NCBI GenBank assembly: GCA_044359815.1 | Contig: JBIKLL010000050.1 | Span: forward strand, 1 to 19,754 | Source: Pseudobdellovibrionaceae bacterium | GTDB lineage: Bacteria > Bdellovibrionota > Bdellovibrionia > Bdellovibrionales > Bdellovibrionaceae | Length of the DNA stretch: 19,754 nucleotides | Direction: 5' to 3' | In this document: in pieces, positions 1 to 7,358 of the stretch | Numbering within the stretch: position 1 is the first letter of the stretch | Layout of the letters: each line of letters opens with the position of its first letter | Position numbers and translations under genes: made by a program | Notes under the pieces: generated by a model | Told to the model about the DNA's origin: nothing | The model's database searches: none | The model's input: only the letters and a program-made list of their open reading frames with translations

Positions 1-2
1 TT

Positions 3-284
3 TCCAAGCCACTTTTGCATTATGTTTTTAAAAATGTTTCGCATCAGGTGATGACTAACGATAAATATTCTTCATTGCAGGCTCAGCAATTGGTTGTTTC
101 AGGAAAAACCACAGGATTATTTAAAATAATATTAAAGCCCATTGGTAAGTTTGTTGAGTGTTATTTTTTAAAACTAGGCTTTTTAGATGGAATGCCTGGA
201 TTTATTATTGCCATCAGTGCTGGTTATTCGATGTTTTTAAAATGGGTCAAGGTTTGGGAAATTAAAAAGGGTTTGAATCAATGA
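3..284 (+). CDS. Glycosyltransferase family 2 (WaaE/KdtX-like, LPS-associated), C-terminal fragment; 5' end outside window
   Basis: Frame is open from base 3 (SKPLLHYVFKNVSHQ...). It shows the typical C-terminal pattern of this GT2 subgroup: LLHY...KYSSLQA...F..YFLKLGFLDG.PG..IA...Y.F.KW.K.WE. Confidence 0.8.
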   Translation, partial: SKPLLHYVFKNVSHQVMTNDKYSSLQAQQLVVSGKTTGLFKIILKPIGKFVECYFLKLGFLDGMPGFIIAISAGYSMFLKWVKVWEIKKGLNQ

Positions 285-1165
285 TTTGTTTTCTGGGAAT
301 AATTTTAAGTTTTAGTTTAACATCGCAGGCGCAAGGTATCAGATACCCTTATGTTCACGAAATTGACGGCGTTATTCAACATACTGATAAGGATGATAAA
401 ACCTCTGAATTAAAAAAATCAGACATATTGCGCGAAAAAGCCATTTTGCATGCTGATTCCAGGGCCAGGGTTCATATTAAGCTATCAGAGTTCACTGCGA
501 TCAAAGTTTTTGGGCCCTTTGATCTGACAGTTCCAGGTATTGCCATCGAAGATGGCAGAGCCGATTTACTGACTCTGACCAAGGGAGCAGTTTATTATAA
601 CTGCCAAAAAAACTGTCAGCACAGAGTGGATACGCCATTGTCCAGCCAGACTTTGCCAGAATCCGAAATTGTTTTTTATTATGATCCGACCATACCGCTG
701 GTGAACGTCAAAGTTTTTCAGGGACTGATTTATTTTAGGGGACTGGATAACGAAAGCGGCATCGAGGTCAAATCTGGGCAAGATGTTTCATTTAAAGGGG
801 AGCTTGAAAATGGCAAACCCACTTATGACGTTTTATTAAAGGGCAGAAAGGTTGCCAGAGGGGATTTGACCAAGATCAGTGAAATCACCAAGGAAGACCG
901 AACCCTGTACACAGAAGAAATTAAAAAAGTAGTAAAGAAAAAATCCATAGATAAAAAAGTTTTAAACGCCACCTGCAAAAAACCACTGGGGCAGTTTAAT
1001 CAATGTCAGTGGGTTTGTATGGAAAAACTTAAAAAAGGCCGCTCCTGTGGATCTTGCATTCGCAAAAGGTGTGATGCCAACGGCAATTGGTCTGATGACA
1101 CTCCAGTTTACGGTGATATGAATAAATGCACATCCTCTGTGGTAGTGAAAAACTGTGACTACTAG
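281..1165 (+). CDS. Secreted FecR-like beta-sandwich protein with a Cys-rich C-terminal domain
   Basis: Signal peptide (MICFLGIILSFSLTSQAQ). FecR-like pattern L.KG.V...VDTP...VNVKVFQG.I...VKSGQ. Eight Cys in the last ~65 aa. ATGA overlap with the upstream GT2 gene. Confidence 0.55.
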   Translation: MICFLGIILSFSLTSQAQGIRYPYVHEIDGVIQHTDKDDKTSELKKSDILREKAILHADSRARVHIKLSEFTAIKVFGPFDLTVPGIAIEDGRADLLTLTKGAVYYNCQKNCQHRVDTPLSSQTLPESEIVFYYDPTIPLVNVKVFQGLIYFRGLDNESGIEVKSGQDVSFKGELENGKPTYDVLLKGRKVARGDLTKISEITKEDRTLYTEEIKKVVKKKSIDKKVLNATCKKPLGQFNQCQWVCMEKLKKGRSCGSCIRKRCDANGNWSDDTPVYGDMNKCTSSVVVKNCDY

Positions 1166-2522
1166 AGCCCAAATTATTTTATGCAGTCTGGTCTATTTAG
1201 GCGTGGTGCTGTTTAATTATGGGTTTAACGGCACTGACGAATACTGGGTGGGAATGGTTAAATACCTGCCAGCTCAGAGCGCGCCGTTTTCAGAAATAAT
1301 AAAATCAGACGATGTCAAATTGCCTTCGCAAATACTGCCGTTATTTTATGTTGCAAAAGCCGCTTACGTTTTAGGTATTCAAGATCCTTTTTATCAATAC
1401 AGATTTGTGTTGGCATTTTTTAATTTGGTTTTGGTGTTAGTTTGTTTTTTTGCATTAAAGCCTTTTTTAAATTCTAAAAATTCATTTTTGTATCTGTTGG
1501 CATTTCATTTTGCCGTGCCTGCTTTGGTGTCCCGGCTTATGTACGAATCACTTAGCTTTCCTTGGATGATGTTGGCTGTGGCTTACGGAATTAATTATGA
1601 CAAATCGGGATCACGTAAAGATTTGCTGCTGTCGCTATTGGGGTTTTGTGTGGCCTATGCACTTAGGGCTCAGATCGGGATCTGTGCTTTGGGATTGGTT
1701 GCAGTGGTTTTGTTAAATAAAAAATTCCAGGATTTTTTATTGATCACACTATTGGGTGGTGGTTTTTTTATAGCCCTGGGTTTTTTGGATTATTTTTGGT
1801 CTGACAGGTATTATCACACTCTCAGGGCGGCTTTTGCTTTTAATGTGCAATATGGTGCCGAGTATTCAAATGCTCCTTGGTATTTTTTCTTTCCGTTGAT
1901 TTTGATATTTTTAGTGTTTCCTTGGATTTTATTTAAGTGGCCACAGGCTGTGATTGAAAAATTAAAGCAAAGGCGACTGGCGTTTTATTGTTTGGGATTT
2001 TTTTTACTGCTGCACATGGCATTCGCCAATAAGTTTGAAAGGTTTTTGATACCCGCATTTGCCATGTTGATTTTTATGCTGGAGCCCTTTGTAACAGAAT
2101 ATTTGTTTAACCTGAAAACCTACAGGATCAGGTTTTTGTCTTTGGTATTATTTAATTTTTCAATCTGGGGATTGGTCACCTTTCAACCGTCACAAAAAAG
2201 CGTCATTGATTTGGTGTTGTATTTGAGCCAGCACAATGACATCAGGCAGGTTCAAAATTTTTCTACCGAAATCGAATGGTTCCCTGACGTGTTAGCAAAA
2301 AATGCCATTGCTGAAATTAAAAATGCCGAAGGCGTGATTGCCACCGGCCAATATGCTTTGATCAATCAAACTCAAGAACAAGAATTCGCTATCCAAAATG
2401 GTCACTGCACAGCTCAAGAACGGTTTTCGGTCAATGCTGTGGATGAGCTGGCATTTAAACTAAATCCTGCCAAAAACAAGCGCAGAGCCCCACTGATTCT
2501 GTATAAATGCAGCGGTAGCTGA
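1155..2522 (+). CDS. GT-C fold polytopic membrane glycosyltransferase, PIG-B/Alg9 (GT22)-like mannosyltransferase
   Basis: Many hydrophobic TM segments. TDEYW after TM1 (cf. PIG-B PDEYWQ), APWYFFF (cf. HPWHWYF), ANKFERFLIP (cf. HKEFRF..P), and a soluble C-terminal tail. Overlaps the upstream gene by 11 nt. Confidence 0.7.
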   Translation: MTTRAQIILCSLVYLGVVLFNYGFNGTDEYWVGMVKYLPAQSAPFSEIIKSDDVKLPSQILPLFYVAKAAYVLGIQDPFYQYRFVLAFFNLVLVLVCFFALKPFLNSKNSFLYLLAFHFAVPALVSRLMYESLSFPWMMLAVAYGINYDKSGSRKDLLLSLLGFCVAYALRAQIGICALGLVAVVLLNKKFQDFLLITLLGGGFFIALGFLDYFWSDRYYHTLRAAFAFNVQYGAEYSNAPWYFFFPLILIFLVFPWILFKWPQAVIEKLKQRRLAFYCLGFFLLLHMAFANKFERFLIPAFAMLIFMLEPFVTEYLFNLKTYRIRFLSLVLFNFSIWGLVTFQPSQKSVIDLVLYLSQHNDIRQVQNFSTEIEWFPDVLAKNAIAEIKNAEGVIATGQYALINQTQEQEFAIQNGHCTAQERFSVNAVDELAFKLNPAKNKRRAPLILYKCSGS

Positions 2523-2629
2523 CGGATGGTTTTTTGAGTGGTTGTCAGATTATTTACCTCTGCTGATTTGGAATTAAAAAAGTAACTGCTGGTGAAATAT
2601 AGCAGCATTGAGCGTGGTCAGTTAGTTAA

Positions 2630-2650
2630 AGCTAGGCCCAAGGTCTAGCT
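2630..2650. other. Intergenic stem-loop without a + strand U-tract
   Basis: AGCTAGGCC-CAA-GGTCTAGCT, a 9-bp stem with one G-U pair, ~110 nt downstream of the GT-C stop codon. Confidence 0.35.
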
Positions 2651-2729
2651 GCAAGCAATTCTGGGAAGTTTTCAGCCAAAAGGATTCTGACAAATCTCAA
2701 AAATACATCTATTTTTAAGCTCATTTAAA

Positions 2730-2757
2730 TCATTTTTTTATAATGAGTTTCCGATAA
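2730..2757 (+). promoter_or_regulatory. Putative sigma-28 (FliA)-type promoter, overlapping a perfect TATAAT
   Basis: TCATTTTT(2730-2737)-N12-TCCGATAA(2750-2757) versus consensus TAAAGTTT-N11-GCCGATAA. It ends 7 nt before the GTG at 2765. TATAAT lies at 2739-2744. Confidence 0.5.
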
Positions 2758-2764
2758 GTTACAG

Positions 2765-4165
2765 GTGAAACTGTATGCTTTGATTTTGATTATTTTTTTA
2801 TTGCCACCAATTGCATTTGCAGATGTGTATGCAGACCCTTGCGAAGGTTTGGATCAGAGTACTTGTAATGTGTCTTTGTTAAATGATTCAACATTAGGTA
2901 TGCAAAGCAATCTGGCGAAAATGCTCAGATGCAAAACGACCTTTGGCTTTTTCGAAGCAATGGGTCTTGATAATTTTAAAGACGCTTATTCCAAAGACAA
3001 AGGTGAAGGCGGTTTAAATGATTTAGTCGCAGATTTTTTAACTGTCAGCTACAGTAATTCAGCCTCACCCGAAAAGAAAAGAGAAATGTTCGATAAAGTC
3101 AAAGCCCGCTATGATCAGGTTAACAGGACAGGGTCGACTGAGCGGCAGAACATCCCGCGACCAGATTCAAGCAACACAAGATTGATGGATAAGTCAGCAC
3201 GATCTGGTAGCGGTGGCCAAGGTAACAGTCAGCAATTTTTTTATAATACAACAGAGTCTGCGACTAATTCCGAAGACAAAAATTTTCAAATTGTCAGTGA
3301 TTCAAGTGCTCAATCCGAATTAGCATCCGGCGACCCTTCGTCGATACCTCCAGCCAGTACAAAAGGTGGAGTTATTAACCCGTCAGTCACTAGAGGTTTA
3401 AGGGATATTTTTACAGAATCAGTTTCAAGCAGGGCTGAATCACCGGATGAATCTCAAGGTTCGTCCAGTCTTTTAACTGGTTTGACCCGAAGGATTCAGA
3501 AAGCACGAAGGATTGCTCGCAAAATTGAATATTCAGCTTCGGAGGAACTGGGCAGAATTTCACCATCTGTAAACTGGGACGATTATGATTTAGTCTCTAG
3601 GTACAGTAAATCTGAAGAAGTAAAAAATATGACTGAATTAGCTAAAGCAAGAACAAATGGTGACAGTGCAGGAGTTTGTTACAAAGCAGTCAAATGGTTA
3701 ATATGCAAACCAAGTCAAGTTACCGGAACTTATAACAAACGTTCACCAAGTGTAACTGGTACTGGCGAATGCGAACCTAATTCAATCATGTATGGTTTAT
3801 CTGCTCCTAGTGGTAGATTGGCGAAAGGCGCAATTAATGATTTAACAGTTGGTTTAAGAGCAGGGCCCTTTACAAATTTATTAGATGATCCTCAATTTGG
3901 TAGCAAAATAAAGGGCCCAGCTGATGCACCCAAGGGATCAATTTTAGTGTACGATAAAAAGCTAGACAGTAAGGGAAAGCCATTGAGATATTGTACCGCA
4001 TCTACAGCCGGTCATATCGAAATCAGGACAGAGGATCCTCCAAAGGGCGGCTATGTTAGCGATTACCAGTCCAGATTTCCCATTTCAATTTTTCCACAAA
4101 AGCGCGAAGATGAGTGTTATAAGTTAATCGGAGTGATGATAGCTCCAAGGGTTCCAAGGAGGTAA
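2765..4165 (+). CDS. Secreted protein: N-terminal domain, S/G/T-rich linker and C-terminal CHAP/NlpC-P60-like cysteine amidase/peptidase domain
   Basis: Signal peptide (MKLYALILIIFLLPPIAFA). Low-complexity linker at ~aa 120-235. Motifs GVC305YKAVK, APKGSILVY, AGH417IEI and GYVSD433YQ match the G.C..YV..A / GD..V / GHI / WVSDF.Q layout of CHAP-type amidases. Confidence 0.65.
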   Translation: MKLYALILIIFLLPPIAFADVYADPCEGLDQSTCNVSLLNDSTLGMQSNLAKMLRCKTTFGFFEAMGLDNFKDAYSKDKGEGGLNDLVADFLTVSYSNSASPEKKREMFDKVKARYDQVNRTGSTERQNIPRPDSSNTRLMDKSARSGSGGQGNSQQFFYNTTESATNSEDKNFQIVSDSSAQSELASGDPSSIPPASTKGGVINPSVTRGLRDIFTESVSSRAESPDESQGSSSLLTGLTRRIQKARRIARKIEYSASEELGRISPSVNWDDYDLVSRYSKSEEVKNMTELAKARTNGDSAGVCYKAVKWLICKPSQVTGTYNKRSPSVTGTGECEPNSIMYGLSAPSGRLAKGAINDLTVGLRAGPFTNLLDDPQFGSKIKGPADAPKGSILVYDKKLDSKGKPLRYCTASTAGHIEIRTEDPPKGGYVSDYQSRFPISIFPQKREDECYKLIGVMIAPRVPRR

Positions 4166-4167
4166 TT

Positions 4168-4629
4168 GTGAGATTACAAATAGGATTGGTTTTAACTGTT
4201 TTGTTTTTTACTTTTTCAAGTTTCGGTTCTGATAAACAGAAAGAAAACAATTGGAAGCCCAGAAAAATAGCTAATAAGTCAGATGTTGTTACCGGCAGAT
4301 TAAGTGACGATGAAATTGAAAAAATTGTTGAAAATCAGGATCCAGAAGGATTTGTAAAAATCAAAAAACAGATTATTGATGATTCGATTCAACTTGCTAA
4401 GCTGTCGAATTTAAAAAAGGCCGATCAGATAATTCAAGATCAATTAGTTGCGCTTTACTATTTTTATTTGCTCCAAAAATCTGGAGAGCCTTTTGCAAAA
4501 ATGCCTCCGGCATACAAAAAACATAAAAATACATATCAACGAAACCTAAAAGAATTTCCTAAGGAATTTCAAGAATACTTTCAAAAGCAAATAAAGCTTG
4601 AATCAAATCCATCTAATACAAACAACTAA
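4168..4629 (+). CDS. Small exported, probably alpha-helical hypothetical protein (candidate immunity/partner of the upstream hydrolase)
   Basis: Strong SD AAGGAGGT (4156-4163) before GTG 4168. Signal peptide MRLQIGLVLTVLFFTFSSFG. Charged, helical-looking mature part. AT-rich coding sequence. Confidence 0.7.
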   Translation: MRLQIGLVLTVLFFTFSSFGSDKQKENNWKPRKIANKSDVVTGRLSDDEIEKIVENQDPEGFVKIKKQIIDDSIQLAKLSNLKKADQIIQDQLVALYYFYLLQKSGEPFAKMPPAYKKHKNTYQRNLKEFPKEFQEYFQKQIKLESNPSNTNN

Positions 4630-5645
4630 ACCCAGGATCTGTCCTGGTGTTTGCCTTTTTTGGTCGGATCCATCTGATACCAGTGGGCGCAGTGTTTGCT
4701 GCAGGTGTCTTTCTTAACATCCAGCTTTAAACAGTCATCACAGATGCGTGCGTCTGTATCACAGCGTTTGCAATCCACCGACACTTGAGCCGGTTGGCCA
4801 CAGTGCGGGCACAAAGAATATTTTTGCGAAGCTTTCAGGTTTTGATCCAAGGCCACTCGGTTATCAAAAACAAAACATTCGCCCTCAAATTGATCATTGG
4901 GATACTGATTCAAATAATTTAAAATACCGCCGTCCAGTTGAAAAACATTTTTGTATCCACGCTTTTGCAAATCCAAAATCCCTTTTTCACAGCGGACACC
5001 GCCGGTGCAAAAGATCAGCATTTTTTTATCTTTAGGAATATTTTGTGATTCCACAAATTCTGGAAACTGAGTGAACTGATCAATGGGTGGAACCAAAGAA
5101 TTTTTAAAAGTCCCAATTTTTGTTTCATACCAGTTTCTGGTATCAATCATCACAAAACCAGTTTCATTTTTTAAAACTTCGTTCCATTGTTGGGGCGACA
5201 GGTGAAAAGATTTATCCATGGGCACCAAATCAGGTGTGTTTAGTGTCACAATTTCATCACGAAGCTTTACTGAAAATCTTCGAAACGGACAGACGTCTGC
5301 TTCTGAATCCTTGAACATAATATCTGTTGTATTCAAAAATTCCCGCAAAAAGTTTTTAAAATATTCCCTGTCACTGGCAGTGGGTGCAGAAAAGGTGCTG
5401 TTCAGTCCTTCAGGAGCTAAAATCACCAAACCTCTGACACTATTTTGTGAAGCAAAGAATTTTAATCGGGCCTTTGCGGATTCCAGATTTCCGATAGCTG
5501 TAAAGCAATACACAGTCGAAATATAAAAATGCTTTGAGAGCTCCGAATGTGCATCGGCTGACTGCAGTTCAATGGAATTCATTTCTGACTGAGTCTTATT
5601 GCTAAATAAAAAATCAGCACTGTTTTTAGTGTGTTCTGTGTGCAT
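4626..5645 (-). CDS. trhO: Rhodanese-domain tRNA uridine(34) hydroxylase TrhO (YceA/UPF0176 family)
   Basis: Motifs RGLVILAPEGLNST, F.R.SVKLR.EIV, IDTRNWYE.KIGTF, FCTGGVRCEK, QLDGGILNY, GECFVFDNR, plus a Cys-rich C-terminus. Start moved from 5684 to ATG 5645, which follows a GGAGGG SD. Confidence 0.85.
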   Translation of the reverse strand: MHTEHTKNSADFLFSNKTQSEMNSIELQSADAHSELSKHFYISTVYCFTAIGNLESAKARLKFFASQNSVRGLVILAPEGLNSTFSAPTASDREYFKNFLREFLNTTDIMFKDSEADVCPFRRFSVKLRDEIVTLNTPDLVPMDKSFHLSPQQWNEVLKNETGFVMIDTRNWYETKIGTFKNSLVPPIDQFTQFPEFVESQNIPKDKKMLIFCTGGVRCEKGILDLQKRGYKNVFQLDGGILNYLNQYPNDQFEGECFVFDNRVALDQNLKASQKYSLCPHCGQPAQVSVDCKRCDTDARICDDCLKLDVKKDTCSKHCAHWYQMDPTKKGKHQDRSWV

Positions 5646-5685
5646 AGGTCCCTCCAAACTACAAATCTGGTTTAGGTTTCCCAAG

Positions 5686-5714
5686 GCTATATTAATAACC
5701 CATCATTTTGTCTA
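5686..5714 (-). promoter_or_regulatory. Putative sigma-70 promoter for trhO
   Basis: Minus strand TAGACA-17 nt-TATAGC, upstream of the trhO SD. Confidence 0.3.
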
Positions 5715-5723
5715 CTTTATTTG

Positions 5724-5753
5724 TTGTTTCCTCGGGCCATTGTACGGTAATTT
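5724..5753 (+). promoter_or_regulatory. Putative sigma-70 promoter for prfC (possibly leaderless)
   Basis: TTGTTT-18 nt-TAATTT, ending 6 nt before the ATG at 5760. No SD is visible. Confidence 0.3.
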
Positions 5754-5759
5754 TGTCCC

Positions 5760-7358
5760 ATGCTTTTAACAGGTAACGACAGCGCTGAAATTCTAAGACG
5801 CAGAACTTTTGCCATTATATCCCATCCAGATGCCGGTAAAACAACTCTGACCGAAAAATTGCTCTACCACGGTGGGGTGATTCACGAAACTGGCGAGGTC
5901 AAGGGTAAATCGGGCACAAAAGCCGTGACCTCGGATTGGATGGAGCTTGAACGGCAAAAGGGGATTTCAATCACTTCATCGGTGATGACCTTTGATTACA
6001 ATAAACTGCGAATTAATTTGTTGGATACCCCTGGACACAAAGATTTTTCCGAGGACACTTACAGGGTTTTGATGGCAGTCGACAGTGCTTGTATGCTGAT
6101 TGACGTTGCCAAGGGTGTCGAGGACCGTACCAAAAAACTGTACGATGTTTGTAGGTATCGAAAAATTCCGATTTTTACATTTATCAATAAACTTGATCGC
6201 GAAGGGAAATCCCCACTGGATTTGATTGATGAAGTTGAAAAAACTTTGAACATGAGCTGCTACCCTCTGACCTGGCCCATAGGTATTGGTGACAGATTTA
6301 AGGGGATTTATAACAGGCTCACCAAAAAAGTTATTTTGTACGATCAGCGCAGGGATGGCGACGAGGTCCTGCAGTTTGATGTCGCTGATGGAGATCACAG
6401 TAAATGGCGGGATCATGTCAGGCCCGAAGTTTATGAACAAGCTATGGAAGAACTGGAGCTTGTTGAGGGAGTGCTTCCTGAATTTGACAAACAGAAGTTT
6501 CTGTCCGGTGAAATCAGTCCTTTAACCTTTGGATCAGCAAAACAAAATTTTGCTGTGAACACATTTTTAGATTTCTTCTGCGCTTATGCACCGGGGCCGC
6601 AGCCTAGGACATTGCAAACAGCTGAAGCCATAAATCCTATTGATGAACGCTTTTCGGGATTTGTTTTTAAAATCCAAGCCAATATGGACAGACGCCACAG
6701 GGACCGCATTGCCTTTATCAGAATTTGCTCTGGTAAATTTGATCGTGGGATGAAGGTTCAACATGCCAGACTTCAGCGTGAGCTCAGGCTTTCGTATTCA
6801 AGCCAATTTATTGCTAATGAAAAGGCCACGGTTGATCAGGCCTTTGCTGGTGACATTGTCGGTGTGGCTGACACGGGGAATTTTGCCATCGGTGACAGTG
6901 TTTCCACTGGGAACAATGTTAGGTTCGAGGACATCCCAAAATTTGCTCCCGAATTGTTTTCAAAAATTTCAGTGGGCGATGCGATGAAACGCAAAAAAAT
7001 GTTGGATGCCTTAGTGCATTTGTCCGAGGAAGGTGCCATCCAATTGTTTGTTGATCCCCATGTGGGCATGCAAGATCCCATCATCGGAGTGGTTGGTGAA
7101 CTGCAGTTTGAAGTTCTGTCCCACAGACTTAATGATGAATACGGTCTAGAGGTCAGACTGAATCGATTGCCATTCACCGTGGCCAGATGGCCGCGCAAAG
7201 ACAGCAAGGCCTTTGACGCTTTAAAGGGTGATTTTACCATTTACAAAGACATGATTGATCAACCGGTGATTTTATTGAACCAAGAATGGGATCTGAATTG
7301 GGCCAAGCGCGAAAACCCAGATGTTGATTTTGCAACCAGTATATCGAGGGCCAGATAA
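5760..7358 (+). CDS. prfC: Peptide chain release factor 3
   Basis: RRRTFAIISHPDAGKTTLTEKLL, SDWMELERQKGISITSS, LLDTPGHKDFSEDTYR, FINKLDREG, FVFKIQANMD..HRDRIAF. Confidence 0.97.
   Translation: MLLTGNDSAEILRRRTFAIISHPDAGKTTLTEKLLYHGGVIHETGEVKGKSGTKAVTSDWMELERQKGISITSSVMTFDYNKLRINLLDTPGHKDFSEDTYRVLMAVDSACMLIDVAKGVEDRTKKLYDVCRYRKIPIFTFINKLDREGKSPLDLIDEVEKTLNMSCYPLTWPIGIGDRFKGIYNRLTKKVILYDQRRDGDEVLQFDVADGDHSKWRDHVRPEVYEQAMEELELVEGVLPEFDKQKFLSGEISPLTFGSAKQNFAVNTFLDFFCAYAPGPQPRTLQTAEAINPIDERFSGFVFKIQANMDRRHRDRIAFIRICSGKFDRGMKVQHARLQRELRLSYSSQFIANEKATVDQAFAGDIVGVADTGNFAIGDSVSTGNNVRFEDIPKFAPELFSKISVGDAMKRKKMLDALVHLSEEGAIQLFVDPHVGMQDPIIGVVGELQFEVLSHRLNDEYGLEVRLNRLPFTVARWPRKDSKAFDALKGDFTIYKDMIDQPVILLNQEWDLNWAKRENPDVDFATSISRAR

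Noticed and set aside
5646..5684. ORF-track N-terminal extension of trhO (TTG 5684)
   Set aside because: ATG 5645 has a GGAGGG SD, and the extra 13 codons fall in the probable 5' UTR.
4748..7240. Alternate-frame and antisense ORFs within trhO and prfC (e.g. 5218-5526, 5976-6440, 6836-7240)
   Set aside because: Shadow ORFs of well-supported genes with no protein features.
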